64,000 bases of DNA from assembly GCA_021613535.1 (NCBI GenBank), contig CP075494.1, forward strand, positions 7,192,001 through 7,256,000, given 5' to 3'. Every line of letters begins with the position of its first letter. Positions within the stretch are counted from its first letter, which is position 1. The notes beneath the pieces were generated by a model. The model searched no databases, was not told the origin of the DNA, and was given only the letters and a program-made list of their open reading frames with translations. Position numbers and translations under genes: made by a program. The DNA is from Adineta vaga (taxonomy: Eukaryota; Animalia; Rotifera). Below, piece after piece: positions 43,514-56,207 of this stretch.

Positions 43514-46262
43514 ATGTTTCACTGGTGGATCTTAGAAGCATTGGAACAGTAAGTCAGATTTGAATGTCTTAAGTGGTCATATATACTCCAATCAATTATC
43601 AGTACGAAAGAAAACATGAGAATAACGTTTATATTATTAGGACATGCGAATATAAACATACTACGAGGAACTAGTATCTAGGATTAAACATGACATGTTT
43701 TTCCAGGTATTTCGAAGAAAAATATCTGATTCAGAGAACATTGATTAGGTTAAAATCTTTTGTACTGTGAAATGAGCAGAAATGAGGCGAAAAATGACAT
43801 GAATTTTACAATTAAAGTAACAGAAAATGATCCGTATAATTTCTTGGCATGTTAATGTATGTTACAGTCAGAAAAAAGAATGAAATCTTTCAATGTTATC
43901 TATTAGTAATGATCGATAACGGAAATCTGATTTACAAACGAACGTATTGGACCTTTTTTTTTGCTAATTAGAAAAACACGTTTTCTGTAATCAGAAAGAA
44001 GCCGATTTCTTATTGTCAATTGTAAGAAAAATAATTTCCTTGTTGTCAATCAGTACACTTGAAAACAATAAACGAGAAAGAAAATGTCAGAATCTGTTAG
44101 ATCGTTTTGACATCTTCCGAACTAATTATATATTTTTATTTATTGAAAATAATCTTATTGAAATATGAAACTTTCTTGCCGATCGATGATTTTATATTTA
44201 ATCGAAAAACGACGTGAGAAACAATTCTTATTACAAACATTCTTTTTCAAGTAAAATGATATTCCTCTAGGTTAAACAGTTCTCTATAAGACTTCCTGAA
44301 GGAATGTATCCCTAAAGAATTTGACGTTTCCGACAGAATGAAACTTTAATTGATATTCTCTTATGGCTTTTTATGAACTATTTCAGTGTGGCAGTGTTTC
44401 TTGTTGATGCTGCTGCTAAAGTCGGTCAACATGGACATGATGGTGCATGTGATGATGATTTCTATGATCGTTTATCACGTCGTTATTCTGTAGTTCTTCT
44501 CACAATATTCACAGTCTTAGTTTCATCCAAACAATATGTTGGCGAACCGATAGCTTGTTTTTGTCCTGCACATTTTACTGGTACACATGTAGAATATACG
44601 AATAATATCTGTTGGATATCCAATACTTATTTTGTTTCATTTGATCGTCTTTTACCAAAATATCCGAATCCGAAAACTGAACATTTCATTTATTTCTATC
44701 AATATGTACCATTTATTTTAATGATTCAAGCCATACTTTTTTATATACCATCATTGATATGGTCAACATTAAATTCTAAAAGTGGTTATGATCTTGGAAT
44801 ACTTGTTACTCAAGCTCGTATTGCTGATACATATACAGCTGAACTTCGTACGGCATCTGTTCGTCACTTAGCACGTTTTATTGATCGTACACTTGAATAT
44901 CATCGACAAAAACGTTTAGAATATATGGAGGAATTACAATCATTAAAATGTTCATCATTTTTCTCCTTTTTTTTCTATAATAATCATATATCTATGAGAG
45001 AAAATCATTTAATGCGAGCATTTCTATTTACAAAAGTTCTCTATTTAATCAATGCTTTCGGACAATTATATTTGTTGAATTTTTTCTTGGGAAATGATTA
45101 TCATATGTATGGTTTCGCTGTTCTACATGCTTTATTTACAGGCAATAATGAAAATTGGACAGTAACACCGAGATTTCCAAGAGTTACATGGTATGTATCG
45201 TTATCAATTCCTTTGTTTTGTAAAGATAGGATGTGTAGATTAGTACCTCCGGTAAAGATTTGAATTAGTGATAAGAAATCAGTATGCAAGCTTTTACTTT
45301 GCAAACAAGATCTTATATTGATGAATGTCTTGAATAGATAATCTTTTGTATTTCAAATGAGATTGTATTATGTATATGCAAATTAGTGATTCTTATTCTG
45401 ATTTAGGTGTAATTTTGCTGTTCGAAATCTTGCAGATAATATACATACATATACAGTTCAATGCAGTTTACCAATCAATTTATTTAACGAAAAGATCTTT
45501 TTAATCATTTGGTTTTGGCTTTATTTTACAACATTATTTACATTATTTGGTTTTCTCTATTGGTTAGTTTCCTTTTTCTATCCACATTTTTACCGAACAA
45601 ACCTTGTTCATTATTTACAATCAATGAAACGTATTAATACTCATCATTTTCCACAAAATCCATTTCAAGAACCAATTCAATCTCGACGTCATTCAATGCA
45701 TCACGGACAACATAGTCATCATGGTCATCATGGCCATCATCATCATCGTCCTCATTCATTTTCTCGTCATACACATTACAATATGGCACATCATATGCAT
45801 CATTATCATCAACAACAACAACAACATCAGCAGCAGCAGTATCAGCAGCAGCAGTATCAGCAGCAGCAGCAGCAGCAGCAAAGTCTAATGCCGCCCTATG
45901 CTGGTCGAATAATGAGAACAAGTTTTGATTCATCTGCTTCACTGCATACACGTGATTATATTACTCTTCCAATTTCAACCGAAAAATTAAATGTTGAAAG
46001 TAATGCTCCATCAACACCTGAAGAACGTTCATCATCTCCAACAACTCCTCGACGAGTAACAGCGACCGGATCAGAATCAACATCGATATCCAATGAAGAT
46101 AATCAAATGATAACGAACTTTTTAGTTGATTATCTTGGACGTGATGGAACACTTGTGTTATATTTACTTAAAATTAATACAAATGATGTTATTACAGGTG
46201 AAATCGTTATAGCTTTATTTGAATTGTTTAAAACAGCGCAGACAATTGATAAAACAGAATAA
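43514..46262 (+). CDS. Innexin, 3 coding exons (43514-43548, 44387-45190, 45407-46262)
   Basis: DDDFYDRL, KQYVGEPIACFCP, YTNNICWISNTY, FYQYVPFIL..QAILFYIP, FPRVTWC, QCSLPINLFNEKIF..IWFW, YLGRDG.LVL. Confidence 0.95.
45808..45880 (+). repeat. CAA/CAG trinucleotide repeat encoding polyQ in the innexin tail
   Basis: Directly visible (CAA)n and (CAG)n runs. Confidence 0.9.
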
Positions 46263-46633
46263 GAATAGAAGATTAGGTTTTTTTGTATTTGTTTTTTTAT
46301 TAATTATCGAATTTAAATTGAATATAGTGTGATATCTGTGTGGATAATGATACTTTCTACGTCCATTCACTTGATAAATTTCTTGATTTTTAACTAAATC
46401 TAAAATCTCAAGAACAAAGCTACATATAATTGGATTATTTTCGAAAACAGTAAACACAGAAAGCAGTTAATATAAACTTTTTAAAGTTTTATTCAAGAAA
46501 TGAAATTCAATTATTATTGTGTTTTTTGAAATGCTTGCTTTGGAACAAAAAAAGAAGAGAAGAAATTCATTACATTCAGTAAGGAGATCAGTATCTGACT
46601 AAATGTAACACGAAGAAATGAGATCACTTGTAG

Positions 46634-47725
46634 TTAATCCACATTCATTTGATTGACCATTGGTGGTTGATTAAAATCACGATTCATATGATAATCTGAT
46701 ACATATGGTGCTGGATTGGACCAAACACTATCATAACTTTCTGTTCGTTTTATTTCTGGTAATGGACGTTGATATTTACGAGAATTCAATGGCATCTGTT
46801 CTTGATTGCCATTATAATGATGGAATAAATCCCACATACTACCGGCACGTTCAACTTTCGCGGCTGTTGTTGCTGTTGTTCGAGTACGATCATTCGGTTT
46901 TGTGGGAGGTTTATGTGATGGTTCATTGACAGACGCATCATATTGCTAAGAGAAAACAAAAGAATAAAATAGAAATATTTCATTATCATTACTTACTTGA
47001 TCTCGTCGTGCATAATCCAATTGAGTTTGAGTAACATATTGTTGTTGTTCATATGGAATTCTCTCAATATGTCTTTGATCAACAGATTCCATATCATCTG
47101 ATTTTAAGCCAGTAATTGGAACTAAAATGATGAGCAGAAATTTAGCTTTCATTTCTCTAATTTTTATAATTAATTACCAATTCCTACCGTACGCATGTGC
47201 TTTGGATTAGCAGAATAACGACTATTTTGTCGTGAATATGTTGTTCTCTCATCTGTTCCATGTTGAAAAAGATTTTGGTACGAATTATCTCGTGTTTTCG
47301 CACGTTCATCTTGATTTCTTGTTCCTGAACCTGATGGATTTGTTTTTGATTGAGACCAATCCCACCAGCGTGATTCTTCTCGCTCACCATGTGCACCTCT
47401 CATTGGACCAGATGAACTAGCATTTGATCGATTGTTCTCAATCGGTCGTGTAGCATAAGGATTCTGACGTAAGTCTGGTGCTGGTGCGGAACTTGAATAT
47501 GCATTCAATTCAGTATAGAACGGTGCTGGTTGACGCGATTGAGTCTGTCGAAATTGTGAATTTTCCTGCTCAGAAGCTTCTTCTCCAAATATACGATAAC
47601 TACTCGAACTAAATAGCAATGATAGAAAAGACATAAAAACGAAAAACAAAACTTCAAGTTTACTTGTGTCTTTCAGGTGCAAATCTTTTATGTTTGATTT
47701 CATCGAAATTGTGCATTTTGGCCAT
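46634..47725 (-). CDS. Low-complexity protein, possibly C2orf73/CIMIP6-like, 4 coding exons
   Basis: MAKMHNF...ERHN|SSSYRIFG...SRWWDW...RYSANPKHMRTVGI|VPITG...IERIPYEQQ...|QYDA...MNVD*; junctions canonical and in frame. Family call is tentative. Confidence 0.7.
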
Positions 47726-48525
47726 ATTGAATTATAAAATATCTATAGTATAATAAAAATAACAATTTAAAACCTGAAAAAGTATAATCATCAAGATCTT
47801 TACTCTCAAATAGAACATAGGAAATTAATAAAGACATTATATATACACATTGACAGTCACATGTCGTACAAATTGAACTTTTTCAGATAAAACCAAACAC
47901 ATTTCACTGAACAGAAGTTATCTTATTTGTCAATCTGTCATAAACGTTCAAACTATTCTAACTTTCTCTCATTCACCAATTCGAATTTTCTATATGACTT
48001 CATTCGAAGTCGTTCGAAAAGAGTATAACGTAAATTAGCTTTGTTTTTCTCTTCGAAGTTCACCTGTTGTTATCGTAACATAAATGTCCTATCGTCGTCT
48101 TGCCTGTTCATTCAATTCACTAACACAAACATTCTATTCACCATCACCGATGCATTCATCATAGGAACCGAATGTCATCAAAGTGCATAAGTGCATTATT
48201 CAATGTATGTTTATCGGAAATTTCTGATTAAAAGTATTTTTATAAATCATTTCATCTTGAAATATAATACATCAAAGTAAAATTGATTTATTTTTCCAAA
48301 ATTTATATTTATTTATTTATACACTTTCTCCGTCATTCTCTTTTCTTCTGGGTTAAGCTAAGGTCGCGTGCTTCTATGCATGACTCATCGAAATTGAGAG
48401 AAAAGATTCTATTCCCACCCACCACATCATTTTCTCTTTATCATATTTTTCTGTTCTCAACTAAACAAGTACAAGAGAAATCAGGCGTTCATATTTATTT
48501 CTAGATACTTCCTAGTCTTATAACA

Positions 48526-49211
48526 ATGACAAGTCCAACTGATTTATCGCAATTGTATATTTTATTATCTTACGAAAAGGTGTGTGTGTCAAAAAGAAAC
48601 ACGAATCAGCGTAAATAATCATCATATGTTTATCTTTCTAGTTACAACGGTCGACAATAAGTCAACGTCAGAGACCTATTGAAGCTTCATTACGAAATCG
48701 TTTATTAGTATGGCGTTTTTTAAAGAAAATTGAAAATGAACCAGTATCACCAATTCTAAATTCCGAACAGCAATTAATCACACATACCGATCCAAATAAT
48801 GGTTCCTGGATACTTGATTTAAATGAAACTTGTGTGAATAATGATGATGATGAAATTGATATGGATATCGATTCAGATATCGTCACTGTTGTAAGTACAA
48901 ATGAAACGAATAATTCCACCTGTGACACAATGGATATGGAACAAGACACAGACGTAACATTATTATTGAAACGTGCAATTGGTGCTGAACGTCGACAAAA
49001 AAATTCATTATCAACAGAAAATCCTATTTTAAATGAAACAAATAATTCAAATATATCCGAAACAACAACAACAACAGCTTTCGAAGAAACCGAACAATTT
49101 TTTCACGATCTTTGTGCCGAATTAACGAATACAACAGCAACACTTGTTTCAACATCGACAACCAATTCATTACGATGTTCAACATCACCTGAGCCAGCCT
49201 TAATTCATTAA
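48526..49211 (+). CDS. SERTA-domain protein, 2 exons
   Basis: LYILLSYEK|LQ...IEASLRNRLLVWRFLKKIENE resembles the SERTA pattern (S..KL...E.SLR..VL....L..I..E); acidic C-terminus with EQFFHDL. Confidence 0.7.
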
Positions 49212-49900
49212 AATTTGACAGTATATAATTTTTTTCTTATTAGGTGCTGTGTCTTGTCTTCTTCGTGTCTCATATTATTTTTTGTTTTCGTTCTATCGGA
49301 ATGATCATGTTTTCTTTCTCTAGCAACACATCGCTCAAATATTCCTCGAATGACTCCTGTGTTTTTCAATTCCGATCCGGTCCTTGGTTGTTTTTGTTCT
49401 TTTTCAAATTGATCTCTTGGATTATTCACAAAAATGATGCAAATATAACGATAGAAAGAAGAAAATAGAAATTAAAAAAAAAGGAAATCCTGTATAGTTA
49501 TGTCAGTTTATTCTTGACTTTTCTTATTCTTACTTCAGATGTGTTCGTGTCTTTTTTGTTTCAAAGAAAAAAAAATGAAAGAAGATATGCTTTTTCTTTT
49601 TCTGTCATTAGTGTTTTTTTTTAAATACTCTTTATGTTTTCGGTTTTTTTTCTCTATCTCTCTCTCTCGCTCTTTTCTTTTTTCATTACGCACGCGTTGC
49701 ATCCTGTGCAAACACAACAGAATTGATCTATTTATTGTAACACGTGAACTTTTTTTTTTCTAAAAAGAAGAAAATAAGAAATCTCAAAGATTAACCAAAT
49801 TCAATTTTGTTTCTTTTATTTCGAAAAAATTCCTACGAATACGAACAAAAAATGAACTAAATTTAATATCATACTTGTTATATTTTAGACGACAACAAAT

Positions 49901-51316
49901 ATGAATCGGACCGAATCTGGAACATCATTGGCACGTAACAATAATGAGAGAGCATCAGCAGCAGCCATCGAAGAATCGAATGAAACTCTTCCTGAAATTG
50001 ATGATGAAGAAACTCGAGAAGTGCAATCAGCATTTTCACATATGATCGATCAAACATGTTCCGATGGGCCAGCAACTGATGGAAATATCTTTGAACATAC
50101 ATATGTTCCACGTGATTGGTATGGATTTTTCTTTCGTTCAATTGTTCCAACGCAAGAATCAGTTAAACAGCATCTTGAACATGAATTACCTCGACAATTT
50201 TTCAACTATGATGGTAAAGAAGGTGTTAAATATGCTTTTAAGGTTCTCGATCGTCGTACGAATACATTAACATATGAACAAATGCCATCGTATCATAAAT
50301 ATGGTATGCGTTTGTTGTTCAGTGGTCCGGTTCAACGTGAAATGTTACATACACGTGCTATAAAAAGTTTCTTTGCTCGGGAAACGAAACGTTTAGGTAA
50401 AGCGTTTGATGAATCAAAATCTTGTAAACATATTCCATCGTTTGTGAAAATGTATCAGATCAATCTGGATGAATTACTCTATCCAAAAATAGCAGATTAT
50501 GCAACATTTAATGAATTTTTTTATCGAAAACTGAAACCAACTGCTCGACGAATTGCTGATCGAAATGATCCAAATATCATTGTTTCAGCGGCGGATTGCC
50601 GTTTAATTCTATTCAATAATATCAATGATGCAACACGTATTTGGATTAAAGGTCATAACTTTTCACTTCACCATTTGTTTCATGATGAAAAATTAGCCGA
50701 AGAATTTGATGGCGGTTCAATTGCTGTCTTTCGTTTAGCACCAGTTGATTATCATCGTTTTCATTCACCCATTCATGGGAAAGTTAGTGGTGAGATGAAG
50801 AAAATAACTGGGACTTATTATACAGTGAATCCAATTGCAATAAAAGAAAATTTAGATGTTCTTACTAGAAATCAACGTACTATGATCACAATTGAAAATG
50901 AAACTGTTGAAAAAATAGCTTTCGTAGCTATCGGTGCATTACTTGTTGGATCAGTTAATTTCACTGTTGAACCTCATCAATCGATTCAAAAAGGAGATGA
51001 ACTCGGTAAGGCAAATCATCATCTGTTTTTTTTTCTGTTTTTGAAAATTCCTTCGCTCTATTTAGGTTACTTTGCTTATGGCGGTAGTACTATTGTTGTT
51101 GTTTTTAAAGCAGGTATGATTAAATGGGATGACGATATCCAACATAATTCCGACAATTCCATGGAAACTCTTGTTCGAATGGGAGAACGTATTGGTCAAC
51201 GACAAACGGAGAGTCAACGTCAGGACTATTTAATGAATGCTTCTAAACATAACAAAAAACATGCAACAATAACTCAACTTTTCAATAACTTTCCTCGACT
51301 TGAACATATCAAATAA
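49901..51316 (+). CDS. Phosphatidylserine decarboxylase proenzyme, fungal/PSD2-type (GGST); intron 51006-51065
   Basis: TFNEFFYRKLKP.AR, SAADCRL, IWIKG, FRLAPVDYHRFHSP, YYTVNP, IGALLVGS, KGDELG|YFAYGGST self-cleavage motif. Confidence 0.95.
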   Translation: MNRTESGTSLARNNNERASAAAIEESNETLPEIDDEETREVQSAFSHMIDQTCSDGPATDGNIFEHTYVPRDWYGFFFRSIVPTQESVKQHLEHELPRQFFNYDGKEGVKYAFKVLDRRTNTLTYEQMPSYHKYGMRLLFSGPVQREMLHTRAIKSFFARETKRLGKAFDESKSCKHIPSFVKMYQINLDELLYPKIADYATFNEFFYRKLKPTARRIADRNDPNIIVSAADCRLILFNNINDATRIWIKGHNFSLHHLFHDEKLAEEFDGGSIAVFRLAPVDYHRFHSPIHGKVSGEMKKITGTYYTVNPIAIKENLDVLTRNQRTMITIENETVEKIAFVAIGALLVGSVNFTVEPHQSIQKGDELGKANHHLFFFLFLKIPSLYLGYFAYGGSTIVVVFKAGMIKWDDDIQHNSDNSMETLVRMGERIGQRQTESQRQDYLMNASKHNKKHATITQLFNNFPRLEHIK

Positions 51317-51471
51317 TTTCTGACATCTATTTTTCCTTTCCTATTCTTTTATCATGTGATATCATCGACATTTTATCGTGAAATGACTCTACAATTCTGA
51401 ATATTTACACAATATATTTTAATTTTTCTTTCAGATCTAATTTAAAAACAACAACAACAACAACAACAATA

Positions 51472-53703
51472 ATGGATAATGATGATGAACCAAATTTAAC
51501 TAATTTATATCCATCAGCAACTAATGTGATGACAACAACAATTGCACCTAATCATTTTTTACTTTCAACTTATCGTGATAATCTTCGAACGAATATTGAT
51601 AATCATCATGACAGTCATCTTGCACCATTAATGATGAATATACATGGCAATGTAAAAACAAATCTCTCATCATCATCATCATCATATAAATGTTGTTTAT
51701 GTCGAAAAATAGTCGATGATGCAACATTAACATGTGCTAAATGTGTAAATACAGGTCGATTTTGTCCGTCAAGACATGATACATGTTCAAATAAACGAAG
51801 ACAAGTTCTTGCAAATATGTTAAATTCAAATGATCAAATCGAATTTCAACAATATTCAAATAAACATTCGATTAATACACCACCACATCTACAGTAAGAG
51901 TTATTTTCATAGATTAACAATTGAAAATTTCATGAAACACTATTCTAGATGTTCAGATCGAATGTTTTTATTAAAAAAATTCAATGCAGAAAAGAAAGTT
52001 TTACAAGAAGAGTAAATAAAAATCATTATTTATAAAGACAAGAATTCACTATCTATCCTTTAGATTTCAAATGAAAATGCAATCAACAATTAAACTTTAT
52101 AAAATGGTAGAGTAGTTTTATTCTATTGAAACATTCGTCATCGAACATAATTTTTAGTCGGAAGAAATTCTCATACGTAAAAATCGTCTTACTCTTGTGA
52201 ATCAATCAATTGAACGATTACGTAATCAAATTCAACAAGGTATGAATGAAGGTTTCTACTATGAATTTACTTTGATTTATGTTTCAGGTAAATTGGTTAA
52301 TATCAAAATACAACAAAATAATGATAAACGATGTACACGTATTCAATTTCTTGGCAAGAAAATTGCTGATATAAAAATGGTTTTAAATTCTTCCAATGAT
52401 GAAATACGAAAAAAGAATGAAGCACGTATTGAACATGAAAATAAACTTTATATTATTCGTCGACAACGTCTCAATGAAGTCTATAAATATATTTTTCCTG
52501 TTGAACATGTTTCATCAATTGAAGAGTAAATTTATTTGGTAATAAAATGACAAAAATATGTTCGCTTCTTTCTAGAGATTTAGCATCAACAATGAGAGCA
52601 TTATCAAGTGCTCAACAAACGACTGTTGATGAAATTAATAGTGATTATTCGGAGAATGATGAATCATTAAATGTTGGAGATCGATATCGAATTGTTCATT
52701 CGTGTTTACCACTTAATGGAGATTATCAAATTACAAAACGTATGTTACCAATCACTCATTCGTGTATGCGATCTTTATGAGAAATTCTTTAGAATGAAGT
52801 CGATATATTGTGTGATTTATTTGAATTTATTTTGTTTTTAGTTCTTTCAACTGTTGATGTCGATGGTAAAACGCAAGATGTTGATTCACTTCAATCAACA
52901 CTTTCTCATGAACTATATGAAGTTCTTTCAGCTCTATCTCATGCTTGTCAATTAATCAATGTTATTGCCTTCTATCTTCATATTGCATTACCATTTCGTT
53001 TACATCAATTGTAAGATGATAGGATTCCATCGATGTTTATATTACTATTTCTATTTTGTTTTTCTTAGGGAATTTAATACCGATAATTTAACACCTGATC
53101 GTCTTCGTGCTGATATTGCAAAATTGAATGCAAATATTGTTTGTAGTTGTATATCACAAGGTATACCAATTGATAAAACAAATGTAACACATACACTTGA
53201 AAATTTATGTAAATTATTAACATTTAAACGATATCTCAGTCGGTTAGTATGACAAACAAGTTTGGTGTATTTGTTTTTTTTCTTACGTTTACTATTCTTT
53301 CTTTTTTTTTATATTGAAGACCAAATCCTGTTGTATATTCTCAACAATACATTGATATGATGGAAGAAGAAGTCAATGAGATAAGTCGTGCTTATGTAAC
53401 AGATTATTGGTTTGATGATGTTGAAAAAGATGTCACAGATCTTTTGAATAGTGATGAATGGGAAACAGTACCACAAGGTAATTAGTTTCTTTCGATGAGA
53501 AAGTTCTTTTCATTTGTCAAAATTTAGATTATCATATTCCGGAAGATCCATCTATTCATGAACGTCTTGGTTCATTACCTTCATTACCTGGTCAACAACA
53601 TCAACCACAACATCTATCTGTTATGAGTGGTTCGATTGGTTTTCTCAAAAATAAAGGTTCTACTCTTATCAATTCAGTTTTTCGCAGTTTGGCAAAATCT
53701 TGA
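51472..53703 (+). CDS. ATG14: Beclin-1-associated autophagy regulator ATG14, multi-exon
   Basis: CCLC...LTCAKCVNTG.F cysteine motif, coiled coil, YIFPVE, LPLNGDY, ALSHACQLINVIA..L...LP..L, KLNANI..C.SQ...HTLENL, DEWETV, amphipathic C-terminus. Confidence 0.9.
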
Positions 53704-53895
53704 AAATATTTTTTGTCTCTTCTTTGCTTTTTTTTAAAATGGTGCTAGTATCTTTTCTGTAATATTCTATACATATGTACCATATATAAATAACACTTTT
53801 TTGCTCTTTTTTTTTAAAACTTTATTCAAGAAGATAAACACATATAAGAAAAAGAAAATAAAAGAACCTCAATTCGTAATTTTTCAGATAAAATT

Positions 53896-55413
53896 ATGTC
53901 ATCGAATTTAACTTCATCACATTTCCTTCAAGAAATGGCTTATCCGCCCTATTGTATTCAACCTTTGAAATCTTGGGGTATGGTAGCAGTCGGTGGAGGA
54001 GGTGGTACGGCGAAAACTGGTGTCGCCAATGCAGTGGATTTAAAATGGATCTATTTAAATCAATCATCAGATCCAGCTAATGATCGATGTTCAATACAGA
54101 ATGTCAATAGTTTTACTCAACATGATAGTGTAATGCGAATGGTATCACTACGCAAACAACATGAATATCTTATTTTAGCATTGAATCGACAATTAAAAGT
54201 TATTATGCTTAAAGCTTCAGAAAGAGATATGGACAATGGTTTAGCGATGAATATACCACCACCGCCGCCCATGACGAATATTCAAGATGCAGTACCAATA
54301 GGACCAACTCAACGAACTATTCGTCGTCGACATAATTCTTCATCATCAACAGCACCAATGGATTCAGCTACGATGCAACATCGTCCATCGATTGTACTTC
54401 ATCGTAATGGTCAAGCAACAGTAGAAGCTATTGGAAATGAAACAACAATTGTGACATCACCAACTACTCGTTCAATATCATTTAGTTTTCCACCACCGAC
54501 ACCAACATCAACAGGATCAACATCAACCATAATAAACAATATCTACACAGTACCTATTCAAGATCAACAATATGTTAATGCATTAGTTGTTTGTCCTGCT
54601 ACACAATCGAAATTATTTGTTGGTGCTAGTGATGGATCATTAACAATCTATGAAATTATTTGGCCAGCTTCGTCATCATCAGATCGTTTAATTCAATTGA
54701 ATTTATTAACATCATTTACAGCACATACAAAAGAAATCGATGATTTAGCTGTTGATCCATTTGGTAATTGGCTCATCAGCGTTTCACGTGATCATTTAGT
54801 TCAAATTCGTCAATGTTCATCACCTTTCGATAAACATTGTGAACTTGATCTACGTCAATTTGGTACAAATAAAGCTGTTCCAACACCAAAACCATTATAT
54901 CGTATTCGACATGTTCGTTTCGGTATATCACCTTCATCTTCTTCATCAAATGCAACTTATTATCTCTATACAAGTCTCATTCCACAAACTATCGTTGATA
55001 AAATAGCTAGTTATATTGTTCAATGGACAGAAAATAAACAACATCAATTTATTGTTCGACAACGTCGTGCAGTTTCATTTGATCGGATATCTGCTATAGC
55101 TGTGAGTAATTGTGGTCAATATGTATCCGTTGGTGATTCCGGTGGTTGTGTACGAATTTATGAAACGGATCGATTAAAAATGTTGTATGAACATCGTGCA
55201 CATTCAATATTTGTCACCGATTTAGCTTTCTTATTACGCGAAGAAAATTATCTCTATGAAACAAGTGTTTTAAGTATTAGTGCGGACAAAAATCTCTATG
55301 TACATAATGTACATCCTCCGCAAACAAATATATTTTCTGTTTCATTTTTAATTGTTATCGGTCTGTTATTGCTCTTTTTACTATTATCACAAATTCGTTT
55401 TCGATTTCATTAA
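53896..55413 (+). CDS. PREB: PREB/Sec12 Sar1 GEF, intronless
   Basis: YPPY...GGGGGTAKTGVAN K-loop, WD-like AHTKEIDDL and AHSIFVTDLAF, C-terminal TM helix. Confidence 0.9.
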   Translation: MSSNLTSSHFLQEMAYPPYCIQPLKSWGMVAVGGGGGTAKTGVANAVDLKWIYLNQSSDPANDRCSIQNVNSFTQHDSVMRMVSLRKQHEYLILALNRQLKVIMLKASERDMDNGLAMNIPPPPPMTNIQDAVPIGPTQRTIRRRHNSSSSTAPMDSATMQHRPSIVLHRNGQATVEAIGNETTIVTSPTTRSISFSFPPPTPTSTGSTSTIINNIYTVPIQDQQYVNALVVCPATQSKLFVGASDGSLTIYEIIWPASSSSDRLIQLNLLTSFTAHTKEIDDLAVDPFGNWLISVSRDHLVQIRQCSSPFDKHCELDLRQFGTNKAVPTPKPLYRIRHVRFGISPSSSSSNATYYLYTSLIPQTIVDKIASYIVQWTENKQHQFIVRQRRAVSFDRISAIAVSNCGQYVSVGDSGGCVRIYETDRLKMLYEHRAHSIFVTDLAFLLREENYLYETSVLSISADKNLYVHNVHPPQTNIFSVSFLIVIGLLLLFLLLSQIRFRFH

Positions 55414-56027
55414 TTATTTTTTGTCCTTGTTTTGAACTTTTATTCCGATTATTTATATAGGCAAGAAGAAAGACTATATGTTATTGGGTTTTAGATCAGC
55501 ATCTCATTTTATTATTTACTTATAAGCATACATTTACAGCGTAATTATATGATCTAGACGTTCACTTTAAAACCAATATGGTATTCATTCATCTACGGTA
55601 ATTCTAATTCTCATATCAATGCATATTGAAATCGAATGTTCGAGATATAAGATACTTTCCAATGAAGTTTGTTACGCACAACGGAAATAGGATATTTTCT
55701 AGTAGATGTGAATATATCAAGTTCTTTTTAATTAAAAATGTATTTGGATGACTATCTTCTGTCTTTTCATGAAGAACAACACATTTTCAGTCGTAGTGCA
55801 TATATCAATGAAATCTTAGTAAAAATAACTATAATAATTTGTTGTTTTTTTTCTTCCATTTTAGATTTCAATTCCACGATGTTTGCTAAAATTCCGTCCG
55901 TTTGTTCATATCATTTGCGCTAAATAAGTTATATTTTGTTTGTTTTTCTACAAAATTTGTCAAAATAAACATACCATCATCTCTTATTGAATTTCTCACT
56001 ACTTTCTGTCTATTCAGACTGCTGAAC

Positions 56028-56207
56028 TTCCTCTCTTCTTTCAACCGATTAGTTGGTAAAAAGTAAAAAATAACGTCTGTATCCTTGATTGAATGAGATG
56101 CACAAAATGGAAAGCTAAACGGGAGTGAAGATGCTGAACAAAAAAAGGAAATACTAACAAATGATGCCAGTGAAAATGAGAATTTTACTGAGATACCTAA
56201 TTCATCA
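56028..56207 (+). repeat. Dispersed direct repeat, copy 1
   Basis: Shares core GATTGAATGAGATGCACAAAATGGAAAGCTAAACGGGAGTGAAGATGCTGAAC with 57882-58092. Confidence 0.92.

Noticed and set aside
44271-44305. Possible extra innexin exon
   Set aside because: Introduces a stop when joined to exon 1; direct 43548-44387 splicing is in frame.
45634-45951. Antisense Ala/Asp-rich ORF
   Set aside because: Reverse complement of the innexin CAG/CAT repeats.
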